A DNA stretch of 64,000 nt from Bacteroides sp. (GTDB taxonomy: Bacteria; Bacteroidota; Bacteroidia; Bacteroidales; Bacteroidaceae): NCBI GenBank assembly GCA_041907545.1, contig JAYRGX010000002.1:118870-182869 (forward strand), written 5' to 3'. The position numbers and the translations under genes were made by a program. The notes below the pieces were generated by a model that was not told the origin of the DNA, ran no database searches, and was given only the letters and a program-made list of their open reading frames with translations. The stretch's first letter is position 1. Each line of letters starts with the position of its first letter. Shown here piece by piece: positions 9,824-19,370 of this stretch.

Positions 9824-10383
9824 GCTTCTTCCTGCTGCTTACTTTGAAAATATTTGGCTTCACGGTCGGCGAGATATTCATTAACGCGCTCAAAGCAGCT
9901 GGTGGTTATTGCAACCCGACCGGAGCGGACAAACTGCAACACACAACCCATCTCACGCAATTCTTCATATAAAGAGGTAATATCTTCACTAATTCCATTT
10001 TTTTCCACTATAGCGAAAACAGGATTTACTTCGACAATACGAGCATTATATTTTCTGATCACTTTTGAAGCTTCGGGAGCTTGTTCCAAAGCCGGAGTAG
10101 CCAACTTATACAATGCTATTTCATGCTGATAGATTTCATCATCCGTAAAATAGTGTGCTTGCAACACATCTATTTTCTTCGCAATTTGTGTGGTTATTTT
10201 TTCTATGGTGTCTTTATCCGTCCACGTCGTAATGGTGTACTTATGTACCCCTTTGATGGAAGAAGCCGAAACGTTCAGGCTCTCAATATTGATTTGCCGC
10301 CTTGTAAAGACAGCTGTCACCTGATTGAGTAATCCGGCAAAGTTTTCCGAGTGAACAATGATTGTATATAATGTCTTATCCAT
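9820..10383 (-). CDS. ilvN: acetolactate synthase small (regulatory) subunit
   Basis: 187-aa ORF with an N-terminal ACT-like domain (YTIIVHSENFAGLLNQVTAVFTRRQINIESLNV), immediately downstream of ilvB. Confidence 0.9.
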   Translation of the reverse strand: MDKTLYTIIVHSENFAGLLNQVTAVFTRRQINIESLNVSASSIKGVHKYTITTWTDKDTIEKITTQIAKKIDVLQAHYFTDDEIYQHEIALYKLATPALEQAPEASKVIRKYNARIVEVNPVFAIVEKNGISEDITSLYEELREMGCVLQFVRSGRVAITTSCFERVNEYLADREAKYFQSKQQEEA

Positions 10384-10423
10384 ATCTATGTATAAAATTA
10401 AGAGTAATGAATATTCAAATGTA

Positions 10424-12190
10424 CTAACATTCCAAAAGCATCTGATTCACAGAACCTCCCGGAGGAGTCATTGGCAATACATTTCCTTCTTCCATCACGC
10501 AAACTTCGAGCAAGAATGGACCGTCCGTTTCAATCATATCCTGTACCGCTCTTTGCAACTGATCACGTGAGGTTACCCGACATGAGGGGATATCGTATGC
10601 ACCTGCAACTTTCAGATAATCGGGATTAGCCATGGGTGTAAACGAATAGCGACCATTGAAAAACATCGCCTGCCATTGACGCACATTACCAAGATAGTTA
10701 TTATTTAATACGATGATCTTAACCGGAGCACGCTGTTCCATTATAGTTCCGAGTTCCTGAATACACATTTGCAATCCGCCATCACCCATAAATGCACATA
10801 CTGTACGGTCAGGGCGACCAAAAGCGGCTCCAATAGCTGCAGGAAGACAAAAGCCCATTGTTCCAAAACCACCGGAAGTGATAATACTGCGGTCTTTGCT
10901 ATACTTAAAATAACGTGCGGCTATCATCTGATTCTGCCCCACATCCGTAACCAATATACCTTCATGGTTCGTTGCATCGCTCACTGCACGTACAACTTCT
11001 CCCATAGTCAACTCTTTTCCCAAAGGATGCAATTCTGGACGGATAACTTTCTCTTCTTCAACTTTCTCATAAGTCAAAAAGCTGTCAATCCATTCCTTAT
11101 GCTTAGCAGGTTTCAGTAATTCAGTCACTGCTTTTAGTGTATCCTTGCAATCACCAAGTACAGCAATATCCGCCTTCACATTTTTATTGATTTCGGCCGG
11201 ATCAATGTCGAAATGAATAATCTTGGCTTGTTTGGCATAAGTATCAAGCTTCCCGGTCACACGATCATCAAAGCGCATTCCCACTGAAATTAAAAGATCG
11301 CATTTATTGGTATTGACATTCGGTCCCAAATTGCCATGCATGCCCAACATTCCCTTGTTCAAAGGATGCTCGGTGGGAAGTGCGGAGAGTCCCAATAAAG
11401 TACAGCCTGCAGGCATATCGGCTTTCTCAAGAAATGTCTTAAGTTCCTCTTGAGCATTGCCCAATTCCACGCCCTGTCCAACCAGTACCAACGGACGTTC
11501 GGCTTTATTGATAAGATCCGCCGCTTGAGCCACAATTTCTTGATCCACTTCGGGAACCGGCATATAACTGCGGATATAATCAACGGCAACCGGAACGTAG
11601 TCTGTCTTTTCGACTTGTGCATTCTTAGCAAAGTCGAGAACAACAGGTCCGGGACGTCCACTCTTGGCGATATAGAAAGCACGAGCCACAGCCCATGCCA
11701 CATCTTCCGCTCTTCTAATCTGATAACTCCATTTTGTAATAGGTTGGGTTATACCGAGTAAATCGACTTCCTGAAAAGCATCTGTACCTAAGAAAGCTTT
11801 GCCTACCTGCCCTGCAATAACGACAATAGGAGTACTGTCAATCATAGCATCGGCAATACCGGTCACCGTATTTGTAGCACCGGGTCCACTCGTTACCAAG
11901 CAGACACCTACTCTGCCCGAAGCCCGTGCATAACCTTGAGCTGCATGAGCTGCACCCTGTTCATGACGCACCAAAATATGGTTCAATGTTCCAGTATGAT
12001 CAAATAAAGCATCGTATGATGGCATAATAGCGCCTCCGGGATAACCGAATATTGTTTCTACTCCTTCATGTTCAAGTGAGCGCATCAAGGCTTCGGCACC
12101 GGTTATCAAAGCAGTATCTTTTCCATCCGGTCTTACTCCCAGTCTATCTTGAAAAGAAGGGGCTATATTTTTCTTTATATTATGTGTCAT
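10424..12190 (-). CDS. ilvB: acetolactate synthase large subunit (biosynthetic type)
   Basis: 588-aa ORF with the ThDP-binding motif GDGGLQMCIQELGT...NN. Confidence 0.95.
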   Translation of the reverse strand: MTHNIKKNIAPSFQDRLGVRPDGKDTALITGAEALMRSLEHEGVETIFGYPGGAIMPSYDALFDHTGTLNHILVRHEQGAAHAAQGYARASGRVGVCLVTSGPGATNTVTGIADAMIDSTPIVVIAGQVGKAFLGTDAFQEVDLLGITQPITKWSYQIRRAEDVAWAVARAFYIAKSGRPGPVVLDFAKNAQVEKTDYVPVAVDYIRSYMPVPEVDQEIVAQAADLINKAERPLVLVGQGVELGNAQEELKTFLEKADMPAGCTLLGLSALPTEHPLNKGMLGMHGNLGPNVNTNKCDLLISVGMRFDDRVTGKLDTYAKQAKIIHFDIDPAEINKNVKADIAVLGDCKDTLKAVTELLKPAKHKEWIDSFLTYEKVEEEKVIRPELHPLGKELTMGEVVRAVSDATNHEGILVTDVGQNQMIAARYFKYSKDRSIITSGGFGTMGFCLPAAIGAAFGRPDRTVCAFMGDGGLQMCIQELGTIMEQRAPVKIIVLNNNYLGNVRQWQAMFFNGRYSFTPMANPDYLKVAGAYDIPSCRVTSRDQLQRAVQDMIETDGPFLLEVCVMEEGNVLPMTPPGGSVNQMLLEC

Positions 12191-12227
12191 ATTCTTTTCT
12201 CTTTATTAGTGAGATCTTTACAAACTT

Positions 12228-14030
12228 CTAATCAATCAGTCTGACAGCTCCTTTATCAGCCGAACTAACCATGCTGGCGTATGCTTTCAGACTCTTTGAA
12301 ACCTCACGTACGCGAGTTTTCGGGGTGAAAGGACGGCTGGAGAGTTCTTCATCGGTCAGACGTACATTTATCGACCGGTTCGGTATATCAATTTCAATAA
12401 TATCACCATCTACTATCTTACCAATATTACCTCCGGCTGCAGCCTCAGGCGATATATGACCGATACTCAATCCGGATGTACCGCCACTAAAGCGCCCATC
12501 GGTAATCAACGCACATTCTTTGCCCAAATGACGTGATTTAATATATGAGGTAGGATAAAGCATTTCTTGCATACCGGGTCCACCTTTAGGTCCTTCATGG
12601 GTAATAACCACCACATCACCGCTAACCACTTTTCCGCGAAGTATTCCATCACAAGCGGCTTCTTGGGAATCGAAGACCTTAGCAGGACCAACAAATTTCC
12701 AAATACTTTCATCCACGCCGGCTGTTTTCACCACGCAACCGTCCTGAGCAATATTGCCTTTTAAGACAGCCAATCCGCCATCTTTACTGTAAGCATGTTG
12801 TAGATCACGTATACATCCTTCAGCACGGTCGGTATCCAGCTCTTTGTAATATGTGTCCTGCGATCCGAGTACCAGGTTGAAATGTCCGCCCGGAGCACTT
12901 TTATATTTCTGAATAGCCTCATCACACACGCCGGTTTCAGTAACGGTGTATTTGCCGATGGCTTCAGCTAGAGTCATTCCATCCACACGATAGACGGAAG
13001 TATCGACCAAGCCACCTTTTGCCAGTTCATTCATGATAGAAATGATACCACCTGCGCGGTTTACATCCTGGATATGGTATTTCTGTGTATTAGGAGCGAC
13101 TTTACAAAGACAAGGTGCTTTACGGGATAACAAGTCTATATCATCCATGGTAAAATCAGCCTCAGCTTCATGAGCCACTGCTAAAAGATGAAGCACGGTA
13201 TTGGTCGATCCGCCCATTGCAATATCCAATGTCATGGCATTAAGAAAAGCCTGACGGGTTGCTATGTTACGGGGTAATACCCGATCATCTCCATCGCGGT
13301 AATATTTATAAGCATTTTCAACGATCAATCGTGCAGCGTCTTTAAACAATTGAGCCCGATTGGCATGAGTTGCTACGATTGTTCCATTGCCGGGAAGAGC
13401 TAATCCGATAGCCTCATTGAGACAGTTCATGGAATTTGCGGTAAACATACCGGAGCAGCTTCCGCAAGTGGGACATGCATGTTGTTCTATATTAGCTACA
13501 TCCTCATCGCTCACGCTGCTATCCGCCGATTTTATCATGGCATCGATCAAATCGAGGTGCTGACCATTCCATTCACCCGCTTCCATCGGACCACCCGACA
13601 CAAAAACGGTGGGAATATTAAGCCTCATAGCCGCCATCAACATACCCGGAGTAATCTTGTCGCAGTTGCTAATGCAAACCATGGCATCAGCCTTATGAGC
13701 ATTAACCATATACTCCACACTGTCAGCTATTATATCACGAGACGGTAATGAGTAAAGCATTCCATCATGCCCCATAGCTATTCCGTCGTCAATTGCTATC
13801 GTATTAAATTCAGCAGCAAAACATCCCATTTTCTCAATTTCAGCCTTTACCTGTTGACCGATCTCGTGCAAATGCACATGTCCGGGAACAAATTGAGTGA
13901 ATGAATTGACTATGGCTATAATGGGTTTTCCTAACTGTTCTTTTTTCATACCGTTTGCTACCCATAACGCACGAGCTCCCGCCATACGGCGCCCCTGTGT
14001 ACTGGAAGAACTACGTAACTGATGTTTCAT
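12228..14030 (-). CDS. ilvD: dihydroxy-acid dehydratase
   Basis: 600-aa ORF with the IlvD/Edd signatures [12 protein letters not shown] and a [19 protein letters not shown] region. Confidence 0.95.
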   Translation of the reverse strand: MKHQLRSSSSTQGRRMAGARALWVANGMKKEQLGKPIIAIVNSFTQFVPGHVHLHEIGQQVKAEIEKMGCFAAEFNTIAIDDGIAMGHDGMLYSLPSRDIIADSVEYMVNAHKADAMVCISNCDKITPGMLMAAMRLNIPTVFVSGGPMEAGEWNGQHLDLIDAMIKSADSSVSDEDVANIEQHACPTCGSCSGMFTANSMNCLNEAIGLALPGNGTIVATHANRAQLFKDAARLIVENAYKYYRDGDDRVLPRNIATRQAFLNAMTLDIAMGGSTNTVLHLLAVAHEAEADFTMDDIDLLSRKAPCLCKVAPNTQKYHIQDVNRAGGIISIMNELAKGGLVDTSVYRVDGMTLAEAIGKYTVTETGVCDEAIQKYKSAPGGHFNLVLGSQDTYYKELDTDRAEGCIRDLQHAYSKDGGLAVLKGNIAQDGCVVKTAGVDESIWKFVGPAKVFDSQEAACDGILRGKVVSGDVVVITHEGPKGGPGMQEMLYPTSYIKSRHLGKECALITDGRFSGGTSGLSIGHISPEAAAGGNIGKIVDGDIIEIDIPNRSINVRLTDEELSSRPFTPKTRVREVSKSLKAYASMVSSADKGAVRLID

Positions 14031-14048
14031 ATCAAAGCGTCTTTTAAT

Positions 14049-14078
14049 AAAAAAACCTTTCCCACTATGTGAGAAAGG
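14049..14078 (-). terminator. attenuator terminator in the ilv leader
   Basis: Minus strand reads CCTTTCTCAC-ATA-GTGGGAAAGG (10 bp, one G-U) followed by TTTTTTT. It ends about 19 nt before the ilvD ATG. Confidence 0.7.
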
Positions 14079-14129
14079 CTCATAAATTTATTTCATAACG
14101 TACGAATACATACACAACCTTTCTCACAC
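14067..14129 (-). promoter_or_regulatory. antiterminator helix of the ilv attenuator
   Basis: GTGTGAGAAAGG (14118-14129, spanning the leader stop codon) can pair over 12 bp with CCTTTCTCACAT (14067-14078). That segment is the 5' arm of the terminator, so the two helices exclude each other. Confidence 0.55.
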
Positions 14130-14198
14130 TCTTGATGACACCACCACGACGCGAATAATATGCAGGACTGCTAGGTTAATAGATGTATGTAAATTCAT
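14124..14198 (-). CDS. ilv operon leader peptide (24 aa)
   Basis: Hand translation gives MNLHTSINLAVLHIIRVVVVSSRV*. Twelve of 24 residues are Ile/Leu/Val, including the run IIRVVVV. It lies 48 nt downstream of the promoter box and directly upstream of the antiterminator/terminator. Confidence 0.6.
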   Translation of the reverse strand: MNLHTSINLAVLHIIRVVVVSSRV

Positions 14199-14246
14199 AA
14201 CTAAAATCTCTTAATCAATATCTTTTTGTTTCATTGAATCGTGCCG

Positions 14247-14254
14247 CAAAGGTA
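14247..14254 (-). promoter_or_regulatory. -7 promoter box TAnnTTTG for the ilv operon
   Basis: Minus strand reads TACCTTTG, 48 nt upstream of the leader-peptide ATG. Confidence 0.6.
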
Positions 14255-14491
14255 AGGGCTTTTTTATAAACACCAAACAAATCGAATAAAAAAAAGACAG
14301 AAAAATAAATAATCGTAAGAAAACAAGTGCTTAAAATCAGTTTTTATCACTAAAACAGCCTCTTATATTCTAATCATTATTTAATATGGCTTCACTCGAC
14401 TGCAATACAACTTCTTGAAGAGGAAGAACATTTTTAAGTTTTTAATTGTTGTTTTAAAATCGATAATTCGACTAATACAGGATGAATTATC

Positions 14492-14499
14492 TATCTTTG
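14492..14499 (+). promoter_or_regulatory. -7 promoter box TAnnTTTG for the slyD-like gene
   Basis: TATCTTTG lies 48 nt upstream of the ATG at 14548. It sits inside the spurious ORF 14415-14624. Confidence 0.6.
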
Positions 14500-14547
14500 C
14501 GGCTCTCCAAAGAGAAACAATATTGATTATTAACAAGAAAGACAAAA

Positions 14548-15153
14548 ATGGGAACATTAGAAAACAAGTACATTACCGTAGCTTACAAGCTGTACTCTAT
14601 AGAAAACGGGGAAAGAGATTTTGAGGAAGAAGCCACCCCTGAGCATCCCTTTCAATTCATTTCCGGTTTAGGACTCACATTAGAGTTATTCGAAAAAGAA
14701 GTGAAGCATTTACAAAAAGGTGATAAGTTTGATTTCACAATTGCTTGTGCCGACGCATACGGTGAATATGATGACGATCATGTAATCGAATTGCCAAAGC
14801 AAATTTTCGAAATAGACGGAAAGTTTGACAGTGAACGTATTGTTGAAGGTAATGTTATCCCCTTGATGACAGCCGAAGGTCAACGAATCAATGGTACTGT
14901 TTCTGAAGTAAAAACAGATGTTGTGGTTATGGATATGAATCATCCTCTTGCCGGATGTGATCTTAATTTCGTAGGCGAGATTGTAGAAAGTCGTGCTGCT
15001 ACAAATGAAGAATTGGAAGAAATCGTTAAGTCCATGAGCGGCGGCGGATGTAGCTGTGGTTCGGATGGTTGCGGTTGTGGCGGCGGATGCGGAAGCCAAG
15101 ACGGTGAAGACGAATGCGGATGTGGTAACAGCGGCGGATGTGGTTGTCACTAA
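14548..15153 (+). CDS. slyD: FKBP-type peptidyl-prolyl isomerase, SlyD-like, with a Cys/Gly-rich C-terminal tail
   Basis: 201-aa ORF with an FKBP plus insert-in-flap layout (VIELPK...MDMNHPLAG). The tail is GGGCSCGSDGCGCGGGCGSQDGEDECGCGNSGGCGCH. Confidence 0.85.
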   Translation: MGTLENKYITVAYKLYSIENGERDFEEEATPEHPFQFISGLGLTLELFEKEVKHLQKGDKFDFTIACADAYGEYDDDHVIELPKQIFEIDGKFDSERIVEGNVIPLMTAEGQRINGTVSEVKTDVVVMDMNHPLAGCDLNFVGEIVESRAATNEELEEIVKSMSGGGCSCGSDGCGCGGGCGSQDGEDECGCGNSGGCGCH

Positions 15154-15172
15154 TCTAAAAGAATAGAACAAA

Positions 15173-15276
15173 GGCTGTATTAGAAAAGATTTCTTGCAAT
15201 ATCCTTATAACTGATAATTTTATTTCATAATAAGGAGTCTGCTTAGGAAAGGTTCTAATACAGTCTTTTCTTTTTA
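15173..15276 (+). terminator. long-range inverted repeat plus T-tract between convergent genes
   Basis: ggctgtattagaa (about 15173) pairs with ttctaatacagtc (about 15253) over 13 bp with one wobble, followed by ttttcttttt. There is an inner 7-bp hairpin tccttat/ataagga. Confidence 0.45.
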
Positions 15277-15290
15277 TGCTTACCGACAGA

Positions 15291-16574
15291 TCATTTTTTA
15301 CCTGTCATAATATCAAGTACCAACTTATCTGTCTCATTCATACCTTCGGAGCCTATACGGGTTAAGTTCCGGATACTCTGATCAACATCCTCATCAATGA
15401 TACCTTCCACTGAAGTGACGCAACGATTCTCCATTGCCATGATTGCAGAAAGAACAGCTGTAGAAACGCCCGTTGTGACTTTCAGTGCACAACTTGGTTT
15501 TGCACCGTCACAAATCATCCCCGTAAGATTTGCAATCATATTTTTCACGGCATAAGCAATTTGCTGATATGTTCCACCCATTAGATAGGTGATTCCGCAA
15601 CTCGAACCTGTAGCAGCTACGACACATCCACACAATGCCGACAACCGACCCAAGCTTTGCTTAATATAGATGACGGTGAGATGACTCATCATCAAGGCTC
15701 TAATCAAGGCTTCTTCCGATTTGCCACTTTCCTCTGCGTAGACTAAAACCGGTAAAGTAGCCGATATGCCCTGATTACCACTACCGGAGTTACTCATTAC
15801 CGGTATCATAGCTCCTGCCATACGGGCATCGCAAGCTCCGGAAGTATAAGATAAGATATGCGAGAAAATACTGTCACCAAGGATTCGATGTTCATAAGTA
15901 CCTCTGAGCATTTTACCCAAACCATGCCCGTAATCTCCTTTAAAGGAACGTTCCGCTGCAGCCTTATTCAAGCGGGCGGTATCAAGAATAAAACGGATTT
16001 CATCAAGCGGAGCAGTCACAGCAAAGTCATAAACCTTGCGTAGTGTCAGATCGAGTTGTGTAGAGCTGCAACTGGCAATATGCTCGCACTTTTTATCTAA
16101 AAGTATTTCAGCGTTACGTTTCAAATAAACAAATGAGGTATGACCTCCTGCAATGACAGCAACAGCATTATCGTCACCATTCTCGCAATATACTTCTATA
16201 TATAGTTTTTCATCTATATTCTCTTTCAACGCAATATTTATACGCTTCTCCTCAATGAATGATTTGCCTTCTTCAACAGCCTCAGGGGTGATATCGCGCA
16301 AGACCTCCAGTTGATAGTCCGACTTACCCACCAACGCACCCAAAGCGATAGCAATAGGAAGCCCTATCATTCCCGTACCAGGGATCCCTACCCCCATTGC
16401 ATTTTTTAAGATATTTGCACTCAGAGATACAGTAATTTTTTGGGGACGCTTACCCAAAGTCTCTGTAGCCTTAGCCACGCATAGAGCCACAGCAACCGGC
16501 TCAGTACATCCGATAGCCGGAATCACCTCCTGTTTTACAAGATCGATAATACGTTGTCTTTCAACACTTGTCAT
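15291..16574 (-). CDS. UPF0597 / L-cysteine desulfidase (serine dehydratase alpha-like) family protein
   Basis: 427-aa ORF. The N-terminus [20 protein letters not shown] is characteristic of the family. Confidence 0.75.
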   Translation of the reverse strand: MTSVERQRIIDLVKQEVIPAIGCTEPVAVALCVAKATETLGKRPQKITVSLSANILKNAMGVGIPGTGMIGLPIAIALGALVGKSDYQLEVLRDITPEAVEEGKSFIEEKRINIALKENIDEKLYIEVYCENGDDNAVAVIAGGHTSFVYLKRNAEILLDKKCEHIASCSSTQLDLTLRKVYDFAVTAPLDEIRFILDTARLNKAAAERSFKGDYGHGLGKMLRGTYEHRILGDSIFSHILSYTSGACDARMAGAMIPVMSNSGSGNQGISATLPVLVYAEESGKSEEALIRALMMSHLTVIYIKQSLGRLSALCGCVVAATGSSCGITYLMGGTYQQIAYAVKNMIANLTGMICDGAKPSCALKVTTGVSTAVLSAIMAMENRCVTSVEGIIDEDVDQSIRNLTRIGSEGMNETDKLVLDIMTGKK

Positions 16575-16596
16575 ATCACATTACATTCTTTACGCG

Positions 16597-16604
16597 CAAA
16601 AGTA
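16597..16604 (-). promoter_or_regulatory. -7 promoter box TAnnTTTG
   Basis: Minus strand reads TACTTTTG, 22 nt upstream of the ATG at 16574. Confidence 0.6.
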
Positions 16605-16627
16605 AGCAATAGTTTTAATCTTTTTGC

Positions 16628-16635
16628 TATCTTTA
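16628..16635 (+). promoter_or_regulatory. near-consensus -7 box (TATCTTTA) for aroC
   Basis: It lies 38 nt upstream of the ATG at 16674 and inside the ORF-track N-terminal extension. Confidence 0.4.
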
Positions 16636-16673
16636 AGCACTCAAAGTACATAAATCCTAAAACAGATACAAAT

Positions 16674-17750
16674 ATGTTCAATTCATTTGGTAACATTCTT
16701 CGTTTTACCAGTTTTGGAGAATCACACGGTAAAGGTATAGGTGGAGTTATAGACGGATTTCCTGCAGGTATTGAGATTGACCTGGATTTTATTCAAAATG
16801 AATTAAACCGGCGGCGCCCCGGACAATCCGCCATCACAACGCAACGTAAAGAAGCTGATCAGGTGGAATTTCTCTCTGGCATTTTCGAAGGTAAATCGAC
16901 GGGAGTTCCTATCGGTTTCATTGTTTGGAACAAGGACCAGCATTCCAATGATTACGATAATATGAAAGAGCTATATCGCCCTTCACACGCTGATTATACT
17001 TATAAGATGAAATATGGTATCCGTGACCATCGTGGTGGCGGACGTTCTTCGGCACGTGAAACAATTGCCCGTGTAGTAGTAGGTGCTTTAGCCAAACTGG
17101 CACTTCAACAATTGGGCATTACAGTTACAGCTTTTACATCACAAGTAGGTTCCATCCGATTGGAAGAGAGTTATACAGCTTATGATTTGAATATGATTGA
17201 AACAAATGCAGTGAGATGTCCCGATCGCCAAAAAGCGGAAGAGATGGAAAGCTTCATTTCGAAAATCAAAGCAGAAGGAGACACGGTGGGCGGAGTAATA
17301 TCCTGTGTAATCAAAGGATGTCCGGTAGGACTCGGTCAACCGGTGTTCGGCAAGCTCCATGCAGCTTTGGGTAATGCCATGCTCAGCATTAATGCAGTGA
17401 AAGGGTTTGAATACGGTGAAGGCTTCAAAGGAGTGGAAGCAAAAGGTTCCCAACAGAATGATGTCTTTTATAACAATAATGGCAATATTGAGATGCATAC
17501 CAACCATTCGGGTGGTATACAGGGAGGAATAAGTAACGGCCAGGATATTTACTTCCGCGTTGCATTCAAACCGGTAGCTACTGTCCTGATGGAGCAACAT
17601 ACAGTGAATTCAGAAGGAGAAGATACTACATTAAAAGCTCGTGGAAGACATGACCCTTGTGTATTACCGCGTGCAGTTCCCATTGTGGAGTCAATGGCGG
17701 CAATCACCATTTTAGATTATTATCTGATCAGCAAAACCACAAAGATTTAA
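16674..17750 (+). CDS. aroC: chorismate synthase
   Basis: Homology begins at [32 protein letters not shown], which is M41 of the tracked ORF 16554-17750. The upstream 40 codons overlap the divergent gene and its promoter. Confidence 0.93.
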   Translation: MFNSFGNILRFTSFGESHGKGIGGVIDGFPAGIEIDLDFIQNELNRRRPGQSAITTQRKEADQVEFLSGIFEGKSTGVPIGFIVWNKDQHSNDYDNMKELYRPSHADYTYKMKYGIRDHRGGGRSSARETIARVVVGALAKLALQQLGITVTAFTSQVGSIRLEESYTAYDLNMIETNAVRCPDRQKAEEMESFISKIKAEGDTVGGVISCVIKGCPVGLGQPVFGKLHAALGNAMLSINAVKGFEYGEGFKGVEAKGSQQNDVFYNNNGNIEMHTNHSGGIQGGISNGQDIYFRVAFKPVATVLMEQHTVNSEGEDTTLKARGRHDPCVLPRAVPIVESMAAITILDYYLISKTTKI

Positions 17751-17923
17751 ATAGTTGTAAGTTGCAATGAATCCGTCTCAAGATCGGATTTCAATGTGAA
17801 GTACACTTTAAGGTATCTTCATACGAATAAAATATCGAAGATATAAGACCTTCCCGACAACTAGAAGCTAAAGCTAATAGAACTAAATTGATTTATAATA
17901 TTGAGTTTATTGAGTGAAATAAG

Positions 17924-19282
17924 ATGAATGATATCAAGCAATATATTATAGAAAATGAACAAGAGATGCTGGAAGATTTATTCAGTTTGATCCGAATACC
18001 CAGTATCAGTGCCAAACCGGAACACCATGACGACATGCTAGCTTGTGCCGAACGTTGGACACAATTATTACTTGATGCAGGTGCAGACGAAGCCATTGTG
18101 ATGCCATCAAAAGGAAATCCGATTGTATTTGCACAAAAAACTATCGACCCTACCGCCAAAACAATACTTGTCTACGCCCATTACGATGTAATGCCGGCGG
18201 AACCGTTGGAACTTTGGAAGAATGAGCCCTTCGAACCGGAAGTTCGAGACGGACATATTTGGGCACGCGGTGCCGATGATGATAAAGGACAATCTTTCAT
18301 TCAGGTTAAAGCTTTCGAATACTTGGTGAAAAAAGGATTACTGAAGAATAATATTAAGTTTATTTTTGAAGGAGAAGAAGAAATAGGGTCTCCCAGTTTA
18401 GAGGCTTTTTGCGAAGATCATAAGGAACTGCTTAAAGCTGACATTATTTTAGTATCTGATACAAGTATGTTGGGAGCAGATCTGCCTTCATTAACCACCG
18501 GATTACGTGGACTGGCATATTGGGAAATTGAAGTAACAGGACCTAATCGTGACTTACACTCCGGACATTTTGGTGGTGCTGTAGCCAACCCTGTCAACAT
18601 GCTATGCCAACTGATTGCACGTGTCACCGATGCTGATGGGCGGATTACAATACCGGGATTTTATGATGACGTAGAAGATGTACCCCATGCCGAGCGTGGA
18701 ATGATTGCCTCTATTCCTTTTAATGAAGAAAAATATAAATCTGCCATAGGAGTCAAAGAATTGTTTGGCGAGAAGGGATATAGTACACTTGAGAGGAACA
18801 GTTGCCGTCCTTCTTTTGATGTTTGTGGTATTTGGGGTGGGTACACCGGTGAAGGCTCTAAAACGGTACTGCCTTCTAAAGCTACAGCAAAAGTCTCTTG
18901 CCGCTTAGTTCCAAATCAGGATCATCATAAGATTTCTCAATTATTCATAGATTATATTGAGCGCATTGCTCCGAAATCCATACAGGTCAAAGTGACTCCC
19001 ATGCATGGTGGGCAAGGCTATGTCTGCCCTATCAGCTTACCGGCTTATCAAGCTGCAGAAAAAGGCTTTGAGAAAGCTTTCGGCAAAAAGCCTCTGGCAG
19101 TACGCCGTGGAGGAAGCATACCGATCATTTCTACCTTTGAGAAAGTATTGGGTATAAAGACCATACTCATGGGATTCGGATTGGAATCGAATGCCATTCA
19201 TTCACCCAATGAGAACTTTCCGCTTGATCTATTCAGAAAAGGGATTGAAGCTGTCGTAGAGTTCCATATAAACTATAAATAG
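17924..19282 (+). CDS. M20 family metallo-dipeptidase
   Basis: 452-aa ORF with the motifs HYDVMPAEP, GADDDKGQ and EGEEEIGS, typical of M20 dipeptidases. Confidence 0.85.
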   Translation: MNDIKQYIIENEQEMLEDLFSLIRIPSISAKPEHHDDMLACAERWTQLLLDAGADEAIVMPSKGNPIVFAQKTIDPTAKTILVYAHYDVMPAEPLELWKNEPFEPEVRDGHIWARGADDDKGQSFIQVKAFEYLVKKGLLKNNIKFIFEGEEEIGSPSLEAFCEDHKELLKADIILVSDTSMLGADLPSLTTGLRGLAYWEIEVTGPNRDLHSGHFGGAVANPVNMLCQLIARVTDADGRITIPGFYDDVEDVPHAERGMIASIPFNEEKYKSAIGVKELFGEKGYSTLERNSCRPSFDVCGIWGGYTGEGSKTVLPSKATAKVSCRLVPNQDHHKISQLFIDYIERIAPKSIQVKVTPMHGGQGYVCPISLPAYQAAEKGFEKAFGKKPLAVRRGGSIPIISTFEKVLGIKTILMGFGLESNAIHSPNENFPLDLFRKGIEAVVEFHINYK

Positions 19283-19370
19283 CCTACTTCTTCCAACGGG
19301 ATCGTCCTCATGATATAGGTATATTTCCTCAGATTATAAGTAGAAGTTAACATTAAAAAGGCTAAATAGA

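Noticed and set aside
14095-14110. An AACGTACGA motif resembling the inverted-repeat core recognised by Bacteroides Mpi-type invertases (ARACGTWCGT)
   Set aside because: There is a single imperfect copy with no inverted partner, and it lies in the loop of the predicted ilv antiterminator. It is not an invertible promoter.
14710-15171. 153-aa minus-strand ORF opposite slyD
   Set aside because: It is antisense to a well-supported FKBP gene, and its product is Ala/Thr/Ser low complexity derived from the GC-rich tail region.
16554-16673. N-terminal extensions proposed by the ORF track. This applies to aroC here and likewise to 23522-23551, 33790-33840, 35779-35802, 37605-37634, 39256-39297, 42124-42150, 47870-47881, 54965-55063, 56096-56179 and 58386-58418.
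   Set aside because: The extensions either start at non-ATG codons, or overlap the neighbouring gene, or contain the gene's own TAnnTTTG promoter box, or precede the point where family homology or the signal peptide begins. Downstream ATGs were chosen instead.
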